DNA of 64,000 nucleotides from an uncultured Candidatus Rokubacteria bacterium (GTDB taxonomy: Bacteria > Methylomirabilota > Methylomirabilia > Rokubacteriales > DASRDR01): positions 128,001 through 192,000 of the forward strand of contig CAWDVE010000017.1 in the NCBI GenBank assembly GCA_963805625.1. The letters are read 5' to 3'. Position 1 is the stretch's first letter; every line of letters begins with the position of its first letter. The notes below the pieces were generated by a model, which was given only the letters and a program-made list of their open reading frames with translations, made no database searches and had not been told where the DNA came from. Of this stretch, positions 51,439 to 61,303 are shown piece after piece. A program made the translations under genes and the position numbers.

Positions 51439-51852
51439 ATGACGCGCAGGGCGCGGGGGATCAACTGGTCCGTCGGCGCCATGGTCCTCGCGGTGAGTCT
51501 CGCGGGCTGCACGGGTGGGCCCACGTCGGGTCCGCGGCTCATGCAGGCCGGCGACTTCAAGTGGCTGGCCGGCCAGTGGCGCGGATCCTCGTATGTCCAG
51601 GCGGAGGCGACGACCAATATCGAAGGGGTCATCTACGAGAACGGCTCCTTCTTCATCGCGCCCCGTGGGATGCCCGGGGCTCAGCAGCCGGGGCAGATGA
51701 AGATCGTCGACGGGGGCGTCGTGTATGAGACGACGACGTCGGAGGGCAAGATGACCTTCTTGGAGGCTTCGACGGAGTGGGTCTGGCAGTGGCAGGGCAA
51801 GACCAAGATCGGGGACCGCGCCGTGACGCACGAGCTCAGGAAGCCGAAGTGA
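51439..51852 (+). CDS. Hypothetical lipoprotein
   Basis: Lipobox LAGC; LAGQWRG beta-barrel-like motif. Confidence 0.65.
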   Translation: MTRRARGINWSVGAMVLAVSLAGCTGGPTSGPRLMQAGDFKWLAGQWRGSSYVQAEATTNIEGVIYENGSFFIAPRGMPGAQQPGQMKIVDGGVVYETTTSEGKMTFLEASTEWVWQWQGKTKIGDRAVTHELRKPK

Positions 51853-51877
51853 GGCCCTTCGTTCCAGGAGGAACACA

Positions 51878-53149
51878 ATGAGATTGACCGGCATTCCGCG
51901 AGCATCCCACACCCCCCGCATGGCCCGGGTCAAGCAGCAGTTCGCGGGGCCGATGCTCCAGGACATCCCCGCCGCGGTACGGCAAACGCTCGGGAGCCTC
52001 GCGCTGCCGATCAAACCCGGACAGAGTGTAGCGCTGGCGGTCGGGAGTCGCGGCATCGTGAACATCAACGTGATCGCGAAGGCCGCGGTGGAGCACATGA
52101 AGGCGCTCGGCGCCAAGCCGTTCATCTTCCCGGCGATGGGAAGCCACGGCGGCGGCACGGCGGAAGGCCAGCGCTCGGTGCTCGAGCACTACGGCGTCAC
52201 CGAGGCCACGATGGGGTGTCCCGTGCGCGCCACGATGGACGTGGTCCAGCTCGGCGAGGCGCTTGGGCTGCCCGTATGGCTCGACCGCTACGCGTCGGAG
52301 GCGGACTGGATCGGCATCATCAACCGCGTCAAGCCTCATACCGACTTCGTCGGCGGCATCGAGTCGGGCCTCTTCAAGATGATGACGATCGGCGTCGGGA
52401 AGCATCGCGGCGCCGTCCAGGCGCACCGGGCGGCCGTCCGGCACCGGTACGAGCCCATGGTGGTGGCCTTCGGGCGCGAGGTGCTCCGGAAGGCCCGGAT
52501 CGCCTTCGGGCTCGGCATCGTCGAGAACGGGTACGACGAGACGGCCGTGGTCCAGGCGTTCCTGCCGGGTGACCTGGAGGCCGGGGAGCGCGAGCTTCTG
52601 CGCCGGGCCAAAAGCTGGATGGCGCGGCTGCCATTCGAGCAGATCGACCTCCTGATCGTCGACGAGATGGGCAAGGACATCTCGGGGTCGGGGATGGACT
52701 CGAACATCATCGGGCGCCACGGGACATTCTTCGAGCCGCCCTACACGAGCCCCAAGGTCACGTTCATCGTGGTCTCCGACCTGACGGCGCACACCTACGG
52801 CAATGCGATCGGGCTCGGCAGCGCCGACTTCGTGACGCGCCGGCTGGTCGACAAGATCGACTGGGAAGCGACGTACGTGAACGGGCTCACCGCCTGCTCG
52901 CCGGCCGGCTGCAAGATGCCGGCGACGCTCGATTCGGCCCAAGAGGCGGTCTCGATCGCGCTGTCGTGCCTCGGGCTCGACCGCGTGGAAGACGCCCGGG
53001 TGGTGCGGATCAAGAACACGCTCCAGATCGCCGAGGTGGACGTCTCCGAGAACCTGATTCCCGAGGTTGCCAGGCGCGACGACCTCACGCAGGTCGGCGA
53101 TCCGGGGCCGATCACTTTCGACGCGACCGGCTACCTCCTGCCGTTCTGA
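51878..53149 (+). CDS. LarA/DUF2088-like (lactate racemase superfamily) protein
   Basis: VGSRGI, PAMGSHGG, NRVKPHTDF, ESGLFKM..IG.GK, GKDISGSGMD; GGAGG RBS. Confidence 0.75.
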   Translation: MRLTGIPRASHTPRMARVKQQFAGPMLQDIPAAVRQTLGSLALPIKPGQSVALAVGSRGIVNINVIAKAAVEHMKALGAKPFIFPAMGSHGGGTAEGQRSVLEHYGVTEATMGCPVRATMDVVQLGEALGLPVWLDRYASEADWIGIINRVKPHTDFVGGIESGLFKMMTIGVGKHRGAVQAHRAAVRHRYEPMVVAFGREVLRKARIAFGLGIVENGYDETAVVQAFLPGDLEAGERELLRRAKSWMARLPFEQIDLLIVDEMGKDISGSGMDSNIIGRHGTFFEPPYTSPKVTFIVVSDLTAHTYGNAIGLGSADFVTRRLVDKIDWEATYVNGLTACSPAGCKMPATLDSAQEAVSIALSCLGLDRVEDARVVRIKNTLQIAEVDVSENLIPEVARRDDLTQVGDPGPITFDATGYLLPF

Positions 53150-53206
53150 ACGCGGTCCCACCCCGGCGGCCCGACGACGGTCGCGTGCCGCCGGGGGTCG
53201 ACCGCG

Positions 53207-53725
53207 TCAGTGGGCGCTCGGGCCCTCGAGGATCTTCTCCATGACGATCGTATCCACCCAGCGCCCGTCCAGGCGCCCCTGCTCGCGGTAGATCCCCACT
53301 TCGCGGAATCCCGCGCGCGCGTAGGCGCGCATGCCCGCCTCGTTCCACGGGAAGGCCGCGAGGACGAGCTTGTGATAACCGAGCTCGATCGCCCGCGCGA
53401 CGAGCGCCTCCAGGAGCTGACTCCCCACGCCGCGCCCTCGCGCGTCCCGCTCGACGTAGAGCGAGAGATCCGCGACGTGCTCGTACGCGCGCCGCGCGTT
53501 GAAGACGTTGAGGCTCGTCCAGCCGAGGAGGCCGCCGTCGCCCTCGGCGACCAGTACGGGGTGACGTGGTCCGCGCGCCCCGAGCCACTGGGCGCGTTCC
53601 TCCGGGGTGCGTTCCTCCGTCTCGAGCGTGGCCACGCGATCCTGGATGCCTTGGTTGTAGATGCGGCAGATCGCGGCGGCGTCGGCGCCGGTCGCCGCGC
53701 GGATCCGGAGGGGTGGCCCCGTCAC
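53207..53725 (-). CDS. GNAT acetyltransferase, phosphinothricin/arsinothricin (ArsN1-like) type
   Basis: IYNQGIQDRVATLE, RGRGVG, GFREVG, GRWVD..MEK. Confidence 0.85.
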   Translation of the reverse strand: MTGPPLRIRAATGADAAAICRIYNQGIQDRVATLETEERTPEERAQWLGARGPRHPVLVAEGDGGLLGWTSLNVFNARRAYEHVADLSLYVERDARGRGVGSQLLEALVARAIELGYHKLVLAAFPWNEAGMRAYARAGFREVGIYREQGRLDGRWVDTIVMEKILEGPSAH

Positions 53726-53836
53726 GGGAGATCCCGAGCGGCCAGGCGACGGGGGCCGAGAGGGCTCACGCGAGTAGCCGGAGGCAGGCGCGAGGGAAGG
53801 GGAGCGGACGCCCGGGCGAGAGGACCCGGCGCGGGG

Positions 53837-54184
53837 CTATCGGCGGCGGGCGCCGGGGCGCAGGGGTTCGTCGACCCCCGGAATGCACCCGGGCATCACG
53901 CTGATGTACACGCCGCGCCCGATCGAGGTCGTGGCCTGGGGCCAGCGGCTGGTGCCGGCGCCGGTCGATGCGCGGACCCGCTCCACCTCACCGGTCTCGG
54001 TGAACGGGGTCTGGCCCAACGACAGCGCGCGGATCGACAGCACCAGCGGCACCTCCGACTGAATCGGAGCAGTCGGGGGGGGGACCGTGCCCTGCACCGC
54101 AGCCGGGTCACTACCGGCATAGGCGGCCCCACCCAGGAGGGTCACGGCGAGGAGGACGGCGACGAGCAACCATTGACGCCGCAT
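53837..54184 (-). CDS. Small secreted hypothetical protein
   Basis: MRRQWLLVAVLLAVTLLGGAAYA signal peptide; GAGG RBS. Confidence 0.6.
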   Translation of the reverse strand: MRRQWLLVAVLLAVTLLGGAAYAGSDPAAVQGTVPPPTAPIQSEVPLVLSIRALSLGQTPFTETGEVERVRASTGAGTSRWPQATTSIGRGVYISVMPGCIPGVDEPLRPGARRR

Positions 54185-54372
54185 ACCTCGACCGTACCCC
54201 CCGGGCGCCGTGCCTGTCAAGACGGACGGACGGCGGGGATCCCGGGGCCGTCGGCGGGCCGCCGCCGCGAGGCGCCCGCGTCGGACCCCCCCGACCGGCT
54301 GCCATGATGGCAACTCGTCGGGGCGCAAGGGGGCCGAAGCTAGAATTATCCCACCTGGCATCCGCAGGGAGG

Positions 54373-54836
54373 ATGAACGGCTCCGAGGGCCTTCGCCGGA
54401 CCTACCGCGAGACCGCGATCGCGTGTGGCGCCATGGTGGCGTCCCTCTTGGCCTACGCCGTTGTCGTCGAGGTGCTGACGTCGCGACTGCCCCCGGGCGG
54501 CGTGGGGGCGGGTGTCGACGCCGACCTCCTTCGATACGGCTTCCTCCTCGCCCTCCTCGCCGCCGTCGCGGGGCTCGGCATTCCGCTCCTCCCCCGGACG
54601 GCCGAGGCAGCGCCAGCGGTTCGAGAGAACGTGCCGGCCCGCCTGCGGGCGGGTGCCCTGGTGACGGCATCGGTCGCGGAGGCGCCGACCCTCCTGGGCC
54701 TCGTGCTCTTCCTGCTCGCGGCCGCCAGGACTTCTACCCTCTCGCCGGCTGGTCGTTCCTCCTCAACCTGTTCCACTTCCCGCGCTACGAGCGCTGGGAG
54801 GAGGCCGCGCGGGCGGCGGCGCGCCGCCCCGGCTGA
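54373..54836 (+). CDS. Hypothetical membrane protein with an apparent frameshift near 54720
   Basis: TM segments and AEAP.LLGLV motif continue in another frame as DFYPLAGWSFLLNLFHFPRYERW. Confidence 0.6.
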
Positions 54837-54955
54837 GCCGGCCCCGCCGGTAGTCCGGGCGCCTCCGGGGTCGGTGGCACGCCCGTTGCCGGGTTTCCTG
54901 CCGTGCGCCATAATCGCGGGCACATCGATCCCCGCACATCCGAGGAGGCGACGCG

Positions 54956-55741
54956 ATGGAGCTCGGGAAGACACCGAAGGAGATCCGGCAGGCCATCCGC
55001 CAGGGACGTTACACGGGCGGAACCGCCGGGCTCGCGCCCGGTTACGTGCAGGCGAACCTCGTGATCCTTCCCCGGGCGCAGGCCTACGATTTCCTCGTCT
55101 TCTGCCAGCGGAACCCCCGGCCGTGCCCCCTGATCGAGGTCACGGACCCGGGAAACCCCGAGCCGACCGGCGTCGCGGCCGGCGCGGACCTCCGGACGGA
55201 CGTCCCCAAGTACCGGATCTACCGGGACGGCCGCCTCGCCGCAGAGGTCTCGGACATCACGAGCGAGTGGCGCGACGACTTCGTCGCCTTCCTCCTCGGC
55301 TGCTCCTTCACGTTCGAGTCGGCGCTCCTCCAGTCTGGCGTGCCCGTCCGGCACATCGAGGAGCAGCGGATCGTCCCAATGTTCCGGACGAATCTCGCGT
55401 GCCGGCCGGCCGGCGTATTCCGGGGTCCGATTGTGGTCTCGATGCGCCCGATCCCCGCGCCGCTCGTGCCGCGGGCCGTCACCGTCACGGCGCGCTATCC
55501 GATGGCCCACGGTGCCCCGGTCCACGTGGGTGATCCGTCGCTCATCGGCATCGCCGACGTGATGAAGCCCGACTGGGGTGAGCCGCCTACGCTCCTGGCC
55601 GGCGAGGAGCCCGTCTTCTGGGCGTGCGGCGTGACGCCGCAGGCGGTGGCCCTCGAGGCCAAGCCGCCGCTCGTCATCACGCACGCGCCGGGGCACATGT
55701 TCGTCACGGACCTGCCGGACCACGCGCTTTCGGCGCTGTAG
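54956..55741 (+). CDS. D-glutamate cyclase family protein (DUF1445/YcsI)
   Basis: QANLVILP, FCQRNPRPCPL, DLRTD, GCSFTFE, VVSMRP, FWACGVTPQ, THAPGHM. Confidence 0.92.
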   Translation: MELGKTPKEIRQAIRQGRYTGGTAGLAPGYVQANLVILPRAQAYDFLVFCQRNPRPCPLIEVTDPGNPEPTGVAAGADLRTDVPKYRIYRDGRLAAEVSDITSEWRDDFVAFLLGCSFTFESALLQSGVPVRHIEEQRIVPMFRTNLACRPAGVFRGPIVVSMRPIPAPLVPRAVTVTARYPMAHGAPVHVGDPSLIGIADVMKPDWGEPPTLLAGEEPVFWACGVTPQAVALEAKPPLVITHAPGHMFVTDLPDHALSAL

Positions 55742-55771
55742 CCGCCCGTCGACGCCGCTCCCTCTCCGTTG

Positions 55772-56506
55772 ATGGGTCTCTACGCTGCGCCGCGCCTGCT
55801 CCCTGCGGGGGACGGCGCGGTTTCCATCGAGCTCGGTGACGAGATCTCCCGTGAGGCCAATGCGCGCGCGCTGACGCTCGAGCGGCTCCTCCTCGCCGCG
55901 CGGCTGCCGGGCCTGGTTGACACGGTCCCCACGTTCCGGGCGCTCCTCGTGCACTACGACCCGCTCGTTCTCCCGTGGGCGACGCTCCACGCGCGGCTCC
56001 TCGAGCTGTCGGGTCGGCTGGCGGACGCCCCGCCTCCGCCGGGGCGCCGGGTGGAGCTCCCCTGCGCGTACGGCGGAGAGCACGGTCCCGACCTCGAGGA
56101 GGTCGCCCGCCGCCTCGCCCTCGCTCCGGCGGAGGTCGTGGCGCTCCACGCGGGGGCGGAGCACTACGTCTATTTCCTCGGCTTCACACCGGGGCTCCCC
56201 TACATGGCGGGGCAGCCCGCGCGACTCACCATCCCGCGGCTCGACCGGCCCCGGACCAAGACTCCCGCGGGCAGCGTCGCGATCGGCGGGACGCAGACCT
56301 CCATCTACTCCGTGGAGAGCCCCGGGGGCTTCTGGCTCCTCGGCCGGACCCCGCTGCGCCTCTACGATCCCGGCGCGGCCGAGCCGATTCTGCTTCGCGC
56401 CGGCGACCGCGTCCGCTTCCGGCCGATCGACACGGCGGAGTTCGACGCGATCGTCAAGCAGGTCGCGGCCGGGGCCTACCGCCCCCGGATCGAGGACGAG
56501 ACGTGA
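55772..56506 (+). CDS. pxpB: 5-oxoprolinase subunit B
   Basis: AGDGA, YGGEHGPDL, GFTPG, PAGSVAIGG, SPGGF.LLGRT. Confidence 0.92.
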   Translation: MGLYAAPRLLPAGDGAVSIELGDEISREANARALTLERLLLAARLPGLVDTVPTFRALLVHYDPLVLPWATLHARLLELSGRLADAPPPPGRRVELPCAYGGEHGPDLEEVARRLALAPAEVVALHAGAEHYVYFLGFTPGLPYMAGQPARLTIPRLDRPRTKTPAGSVAIGGTQTSIYSVESPGGFWLLGRTPLRLYDPGAAEPILLRAGDRVRFRPIDTAEFDAIVKQVAAGAYRPRIEDET

Positions 56507-57492
56507 CGGGCCGAAGCGTCGGGCGCGGGCTCCTCGTTGGGGTCCTCGCCGGCGCGCCGCCGGCCGTGGCTCAGCCCGTGGCCCGGCCCGCGACGGTCGG
56601 GCTGCTGTGCGTCGGCGAGTGTCCGGCGCCCCCCCTCGACGTGAGGTTGCCGGTGTTCGTGAACGCGCTGCGCGAGGCCAGGTTCGTGGACGGCCAGAAC
56701 GTGGTGGTCGAGCTGGGAGGGGTCGGTGACGCGCCGGCGCAGTTGTCCACGCTCGCGACGGGACTGATTCGTCGCCAGGTCGACGTCATCCTTGCGATGG
56801 GCGCAGCGGCGGCGCTGGCGGCGAAGCAAGCGACCACGACGGTACCCATCGTCATGCTCGACGCGCCGAACGCGCTCGAGTTGGGACTGGTCGCGGGCCT
56901 CGCGCGCCCGGGTGGGAACGTCACGGGTGTAACCTTCCCGCTCGCGGAGCTGTCCGCGAAGCACATGGAGCTCTTCAAACAGATCGTCCCTGGGCTGACG
57001 TCGGTCGGAGTCCTCTGGAGTCGGGCGACTCCGTACGCTGCTCTCGCACGCCAGCACACCGAGGCGGCCGCACGGTCGGTGGGATTGCAGACGCGCCCTC
57101 TCGAGGTTCGGGGAGCGGGGGATCTGGCCCGCGCTCTTGGGTCGTTCGCCCGTGAGCGTAAGCATGCGCTCCTGATCGTGGAGGACGTTCCGCTGACGAT
57201 GCTCCGAAGGGACATCAGCGTCCTCGCGCTCGCGGAACGGCTCCCTGCCGCTGCCTGGTCGCGACAGTTCCCGGCCGGGGGTGGTCTCATGTCCTACGGT
57301 CCCAGCCGCGTCGAGATGCAGCGACTCGCGGCGACGGTCGTCGCCAAGATCATCAGGGGGAGGCGCCCCGCCGACATCCCGGTCGAGCAGCCGACGCGCT
57401 ACGAACTCATCGTGAACCTGGCGACCGCCAAGACGATCGGCGTGACGATCCCGCCATCCGTGCTCGCGCGCGCCGATGAAGTCATCCAGTGA
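56503..57492 (+). CDS. Orphan ABC transporter substrate-binding protein (ABC_sub_bind type)
   Basis: TTTVPIVM, GLV.GLARPGGNVTG, GGLMSYG, PADIPVEQPTRYELIVNL, ARADEVIQ. Confidence 0.88.
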   Translation: MTGRSVGRGLLVGVLAGAPPAVAQPVARPATVGLLCVGECPAPPLDVRLPVFVNALREARFVDGQNVVVELGGVGDAPAQLSTLATGLIRRQVDVILAMGAAAALAAKQATTTVPIVMLDAPNALELGLVAGLARPGGNVTGVTFPLAELSAKHMELFKQIVPGLTSVGVLWSRATPYAALARQHTEAAARSVGLQTRPLEVRGAGDLARALGSFARERKHALLIVEDVPLTMLRRDISVLALAERLPAAAWSRQFPAGGGLMSYGPSRVEMQRLAATVVAKIIRGRRPADIPVEQPTRYELIVNLATAKTIGVTIPPSVLARADEVIQ

Positions 57493-58430
57493 GCGACCTC
57501 GTCGTGGTCGATCCCGGGCTCCTGACCACCGTCCAGGATCTGGGGCGCTTCGGTCACCAGCGCGTCGGTGTCCCGCCGTCGGGGCCGATGGATCGCGCGG
57601 CGTTCCTGGTCGCCAATCGGCTGGTGGGGAACCCTGACGCCGCGGCCGCGCTCGAGTGCACCATCAAGGGCCCGCGGCTCGAGGTGCGGCAGGCGGCGGT
57701 AATCGCGGTGACGGGCGCTCCGATGGGCTTCACCGTCAACGGCGAGGAGGCCGCGTCCTGGACCGCCGTGGGCGTTCGGCCAGGTGACGTCCTGGGGTTC
57801 CAGATGGCCAGCGCCGGCTGCCGCGCGTATCTGGCCGTGGCGGGTGGCATCGACGTCCCGCTGGCGCTCGGCTCTCGCTCGACCTATCTCCGCGGCCGCC
57901 TTGGCGGGCTCGGTGGCCGGGCGCTCCAGAAGGGCGACGTCCTGCCGGTGGGACCCCCGGCTCCAGGGGCGGGGCGAGAGGGCCGGACCGTCCGAGCGGC
58001 GCTCCGGCCCGCATATCCCGCGGAGCGGGAGTGCCGCGTGATCCTGGGACCGCAGGACGACCGTTTCACGGCCGAAGGGATCCGGGCGTTCCTCGAGGGC
58101 CCCTACGCCGTCACGCCACAGGCCGACCGGATGGGGTATCGTCTGAAGGGACCGGCGATCACGCACGCACGCGGGCACGACATCGTGTCGGACGGCATCC
58201 CGCTGGGTGGGATCCAGGTGCCGGGTGAGGGGCAGCCGATCGTGCTCCTGGTCGACCGCCAGACGACCGGCGGCTACACGAAGATCGCGACCGTGATCGG
58301 CGTGGACATCGGCGCGATCGGCCAGACCCGCCCGGGTCAGCGGATCCGCTTCGGGCGAGTGACCCTGGAGGAGGCCCACGCCGCGCTCGTCGCGGAGGCC
58401 GCGTGGCTCGCCCGCGCGGTCGAAGGCTGA
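57489..58430 (+). CDS. pxpC: 5-oxoprolinase subunit C
   Basis: TTVQDLGR, ANRLVGN, RAYLAVAGG, DRMGYRL, QTTGGY. Confidence 0.93.
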   Translation: MSDLVVVDPGLLTTVQDLGRFGHQRVGVPPSGPMDRAAFLVANRLVGNPDAAAALECTIKGPRLEVRQAAVIAVTGAPMGFTVNGEEAASWTAVGVRPGDVLGFQMASAGCRAYLAVAGGIDVPLALGSRSTYLRGRLGGLGGRALQKGDVLPVGPPAPGAGREGRTVRAALRPAYPAERECRVILGPQDDRFTAEGIRAFLEGPYAVTPQADRMGYRLKGPAITHARGHDIVSDGIPLGGIQVPGEGQPIVLLVDRQTTGGYTKIATVIGVDIGAIGQTRPGQRIRFGRVTLEEAHAALVAEAAWLARAVEG

Positions 58431-58491
58431 GTTGTGAGTCGAAGGAGAGCGCGGCGCCGCACCGGCTCGCGGCGCCTGGAGGAATGACGCG

Positions 58492-59265
58492 ATGGCCAAC
58501 GTGATCGATCTCAACTGCGACATGGGCGAGTCCTACGGGCGGTGGACCCTCGGCGCCGACGAGGCCATCATGCCGCAGATCACCTCCGCCAACATCGCGT
58601 GCGGGTTCCACGGCGGCGATCCCCACGTCATCCGGAAGACCGTCGCGCTCGCGCTGAAGCACGGGGTCGCGATCGGGGCGCACCCGTCCCTGCCGGATCT
58701 CATGGGATTCGGACGGCGGGTCATGGACGTGACGCCCGCCGAGCTGCGGGACTACGTGTGCTACCAGACCGGTGCCGTTCGCGAGTTCTGTCGCGCGGCG
58801 GGCGTCGACCTCCAGCACGTCAAGCCTCACGGCATCCTGTACACGATGGCCGAGCAGCAGGAGGCGATGGCCGAGGCGATCGGGCAGGCCGCGCGGGAGT
58901 CGGGGGGGCGGCTCATTCTCATGACGCTCGCCTCCGGCAAGTACGACGCCCACTGCCGGAAGATGGGCATCCGGGTCGCCTCGGAGGGCTTTGCGGACCG
59001 CGCCTACGAGGTGGACGGGACGCTGGTGTCCCGGCGGAAGGCGGGCGCCCTCATCACGGACCCGGCGCAGGCGGCGGCGCAGGCCGTCCGGATGGTGGCC
59101 GAGGGCAAGGTGCGCACGATCGACGGCGTCGACATCGACCTGTCTGTCCAGACCATCTGCTGTCACGGGGATACACCGGGGGCCGAGCGCATCGTCCGCG
59201 CGGTCCGCGCCGGGCTCGACGCCGCGGGGATCCAGGTCCGGCCGCTGCGGGATTGGCTTCCGTAA
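58492..59265 (+). CDS. pxpA: 5-oxoprolinase subunit A (LamB/YcsF)
   Basis: DLNCDMGES, ANIACGFH, GAHPS.PD..GFGRR, HVKPHG, FADRAY, HGD. Confidence 0.95.
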   Translation: MANVIDLNCDMGESYGRWTLGADEAIMPQITSANIACGFHGGDPHVIRKTVALALKHGVAIGAHPSLPDLMGFGRRVMDVTPAELRDYVCYQTGAVREFCRAAGVDLQHVKPHGILYTMAEQQEAMAEAIGQAARESGGRLILMTLASGKYDAHCRKMGIRVASEGFADRAYEVDGTLVSRRKAGALITDPAQAAAQAVRMVAEGKVRTIDGVDIDLSVQTICCHGDTPGAERIVRAVRAGLDAAGIQVRPLRDWLP

Positions 59266-59266
59266 G

Positions 59267-59947
59267 GTGGTGACCGCGCGGCCGTACGACGTCGTGACGT
59301 TCGACTGCTACGGTACCCTCATCGACTGGGAGGGCGGGCTCGCCACGGCGCTCATGCGTGCCGCGTGGGCGGACGGCGTGCGGCTCGAACGGGCGGGAGT
59401 CATCCGGGCCTACATGGCCGCGGAGCGGGAAGTCGAGGCGGGCGCCTACCGGCCGTACCGCGAGGTCCTGGCGGATTCGGCTTGCGGCGTCGCGGCCCGC
59501 CTCGGCTGGCGGCTCGATCCCGCGCGGGCGTCGTTCCTGCCCGACAGCCTGCCGGCGTGGGTGCCGTTTCCCGACACCAACGCGGCCCTCGAGCGCCTTC
59601 GCGCCGCCGGTTACGCGCTCGGCATCTTGTCGAACGTGGACGATGACCTCCTGGCTGCGACCCGGCGGCACTTCACCGTGGATTTCGAGTTCGTCGTCAC
59701 CGCCCAGCAGGTGCGGGTGTACAAGCCGGCGCGCCCACACTTCGAGGCCGCTCGGCGGGCGATCGGCTCGCGCTCCTGGCTCCACGTCGGCCAGGGCTAC
59801 TTCCACGACATGGTCCCGGCGCGGGCCCACGGCATCCCGAACGCCTGGATCAACCGGAACGGCGACGTGCCGGAGGACGGGGGCCGGGTGGATCGGGAGT
59901 TTCCCACGCTTCGCGAGCTGGCCGACTGGCTGGCCCCCGCCCGGTGA
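59267..59947 (+). CDS. HAD family hydrolase (haloacid dehalogenase type II-like)
   Basis: FDCYGTLIDWE, LSNVD, YKP, WLHV..G.FHD. Confidence 0.88.
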   Translation: MVTARPYDVVTFDCYGTLIDWEGGLATALMRAAWADGVRLERAGVIRAYMAAEREVEAGAYRPYREVLADSACGVAARLGWRLDPARASFLPDSLPAWVPFPDTNAALERLRAAGYALGILSNVDDDLLAATRRHFTVDFEFVVTAQQVRVYKPARPHFEAARRAIGSRSWLHVGQGYFHDMVPARAHGIPNAWINRNGDVPEDGGRVDREFPTLRELADWLAPAR

Positions 59948-59965
59948 CGGGCTGGGAGCGGCGCG

Positions 59966-60850
59966 ATGGCCCGCTGTCACGAGCTGCTCTACGGCGCGAT
60001 CGACCTCCACACGCACTCGTCGCCGTCGTTCTTCGACCGGCTGCTCGACGACGTCGACCTCGCCGAGCAGGCCCGCGCCGCCGGGATGCGGGCGGTGCTT
60101 TACAAGGCTCACGAGCAGGACACGACGGGGCGGGCGGCGCTCGTTCGCCGGGCGGTGCCTGGCATCGAGGCCTTCGGCGGCGTGGTGCTGAACCAGGTGG
60201 TGGGCGGCCTCAATCCGGCCGCGGTGGACGCATCGATCAAGCTCGGCGGCCGCATGGTCTGGATGCCGACCATGTCGGCGCAGCACCACATCGGCTTCTT
60301 CGGCGGCAGCCACTTCGGCTCGCACATGAAGGGGAAGACGGCTGCCGCCGGCCCGCCGCAGGGCCTGACGGTCCTCGACGGGGCGGGAGGGTTGCGCCCG
60401 GAGGTCCGGGAGATCCTCCGGCTAATCGCCGCCGCGGGGATCTGTCTGTCGACGGGGCATCTGTCGCTCGCGGAGATCCAGGCCCTCGTCCCGGCGGCCC
60501 GCACGGCCCGCGTCTCTCGTATCCTCGTCACGCATCCGGATCTCAAGCTCTCCGGTATCGGGGTGGCGGACCAGAAGGCTCTCGCCGACGCGGGTGCGAT
60601 CCTCGAGAAGGACTTCAACACGCTCGGGCCGCCCTGGCACTCGACGACGCTCGACGCGATGATCCATTCGATCCGGGAGGTAGGCCCCACCCGCTGCGTC
60701 CTCGCCACCGACTACGGGCAGCTCCACAGCCCGGCGCCGGTGGAGGGGATGCGGATCTTCGTCCAGCTCTGCCTCGAGCAGGGGATCTCGGAGACGGAGA
60801 TCCGCACCATGGTGGCCGACAACCCGGCGCGGCTCCTCGGTCTCGACTGA
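59966..60850 (+). CDS. Amidohydrolase-fold metalloprotein (DUF6282-like)
   Basis: DLHTH, VWMPT, TGHLS, THP, TDYGQ, NPARLL. Confidence 0.8.
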   Translation: MARCHELLYGAIDLHTHSSPSFFDRLLDDVDLAEQARAAGMRAVLYKAHEQDTTGRAALVRRAVPGIEAFGGVVLNQVVGGLNPAAVDASIKLGGRMVWMPTMSAQHHIGFFGGSHFGSHMKGKTAAAGPPQGLTVLDGAGGLRPEVREILRLIAAAGICLSTGHLSLAEIQALVPAARTARVSRILVTHPDLKLSGIGVADQKALADAGAILEKDFNTLGPPWHSTTLDAMIHSIREVGPTRCVLATDYGQLHSPAPVEGMRIFVQLCLEQGISETEIRTMVADNPARLLGLD

Positions 60851-60907
60851 GCGGGCCGTCCGGCGACCCCCGGCGGCTCCCCGGCGCCGGGTGAGAGGGG
60901 TAGAGCG

Positions 60908-61303
60908 ATGGCACAGAAGGCCGTCGAGCTCATCCTCATGCGGCAGCTCGCGAGCTACCTCGCGGTGCCGATCTTTCTCGTCGACCCTGAGGGGAACCTC
61001 CTCTACTACAACGAGCCGGCGGAGCGCCTGTTAGGGCGCCGGTACGACGAGACCGGCGAGATGCCGGCCGCCGCGTGGTCGACGGTCTTCGCCCCCACGG
61101 CCGACGACGGAAGCCCGCTCCGGGCGGAGGAGTTGGCGCTCTCGATTGCCCTCCAGCAGTGGCGCCCGGCGCACAACACGCTCGTCATCCGGGGTCTGGA
61201 CGGCGTCGACCGGCGCATCGCGGTCACCGCCTTCCCGCTCGAGGGCCAGGGCCGGCGCCGCCTGGGGGCCGTCGCCATCTTCTGGGAGGACGGGCCGTCG
61301 TGA
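60908..61303 (+). CDS. Stand-alone PAS domain protein
   Basis: IFLVDPEGNLLYYNEPAERLLG PAS core; GAVAIFW end. Confidence 0.8.
   Translation: MAQKAVELILMRQLASYLAVPIFLVDPEGNLLYYNEPAERLLGRRYDETGEMPAAAWSTVFAPTADDGSPLRAEELALSIALQQWRPAHNTLVIRGLDGVDRRIAVTAFPLEGQGRRRLGAVAIFWEDGPS

Noticed and set aside
53207-53725. Arsenic-resistance operon around the ArsN1-like GNAT
   Set aside because: No arsR/arsC/acr3 neighbours
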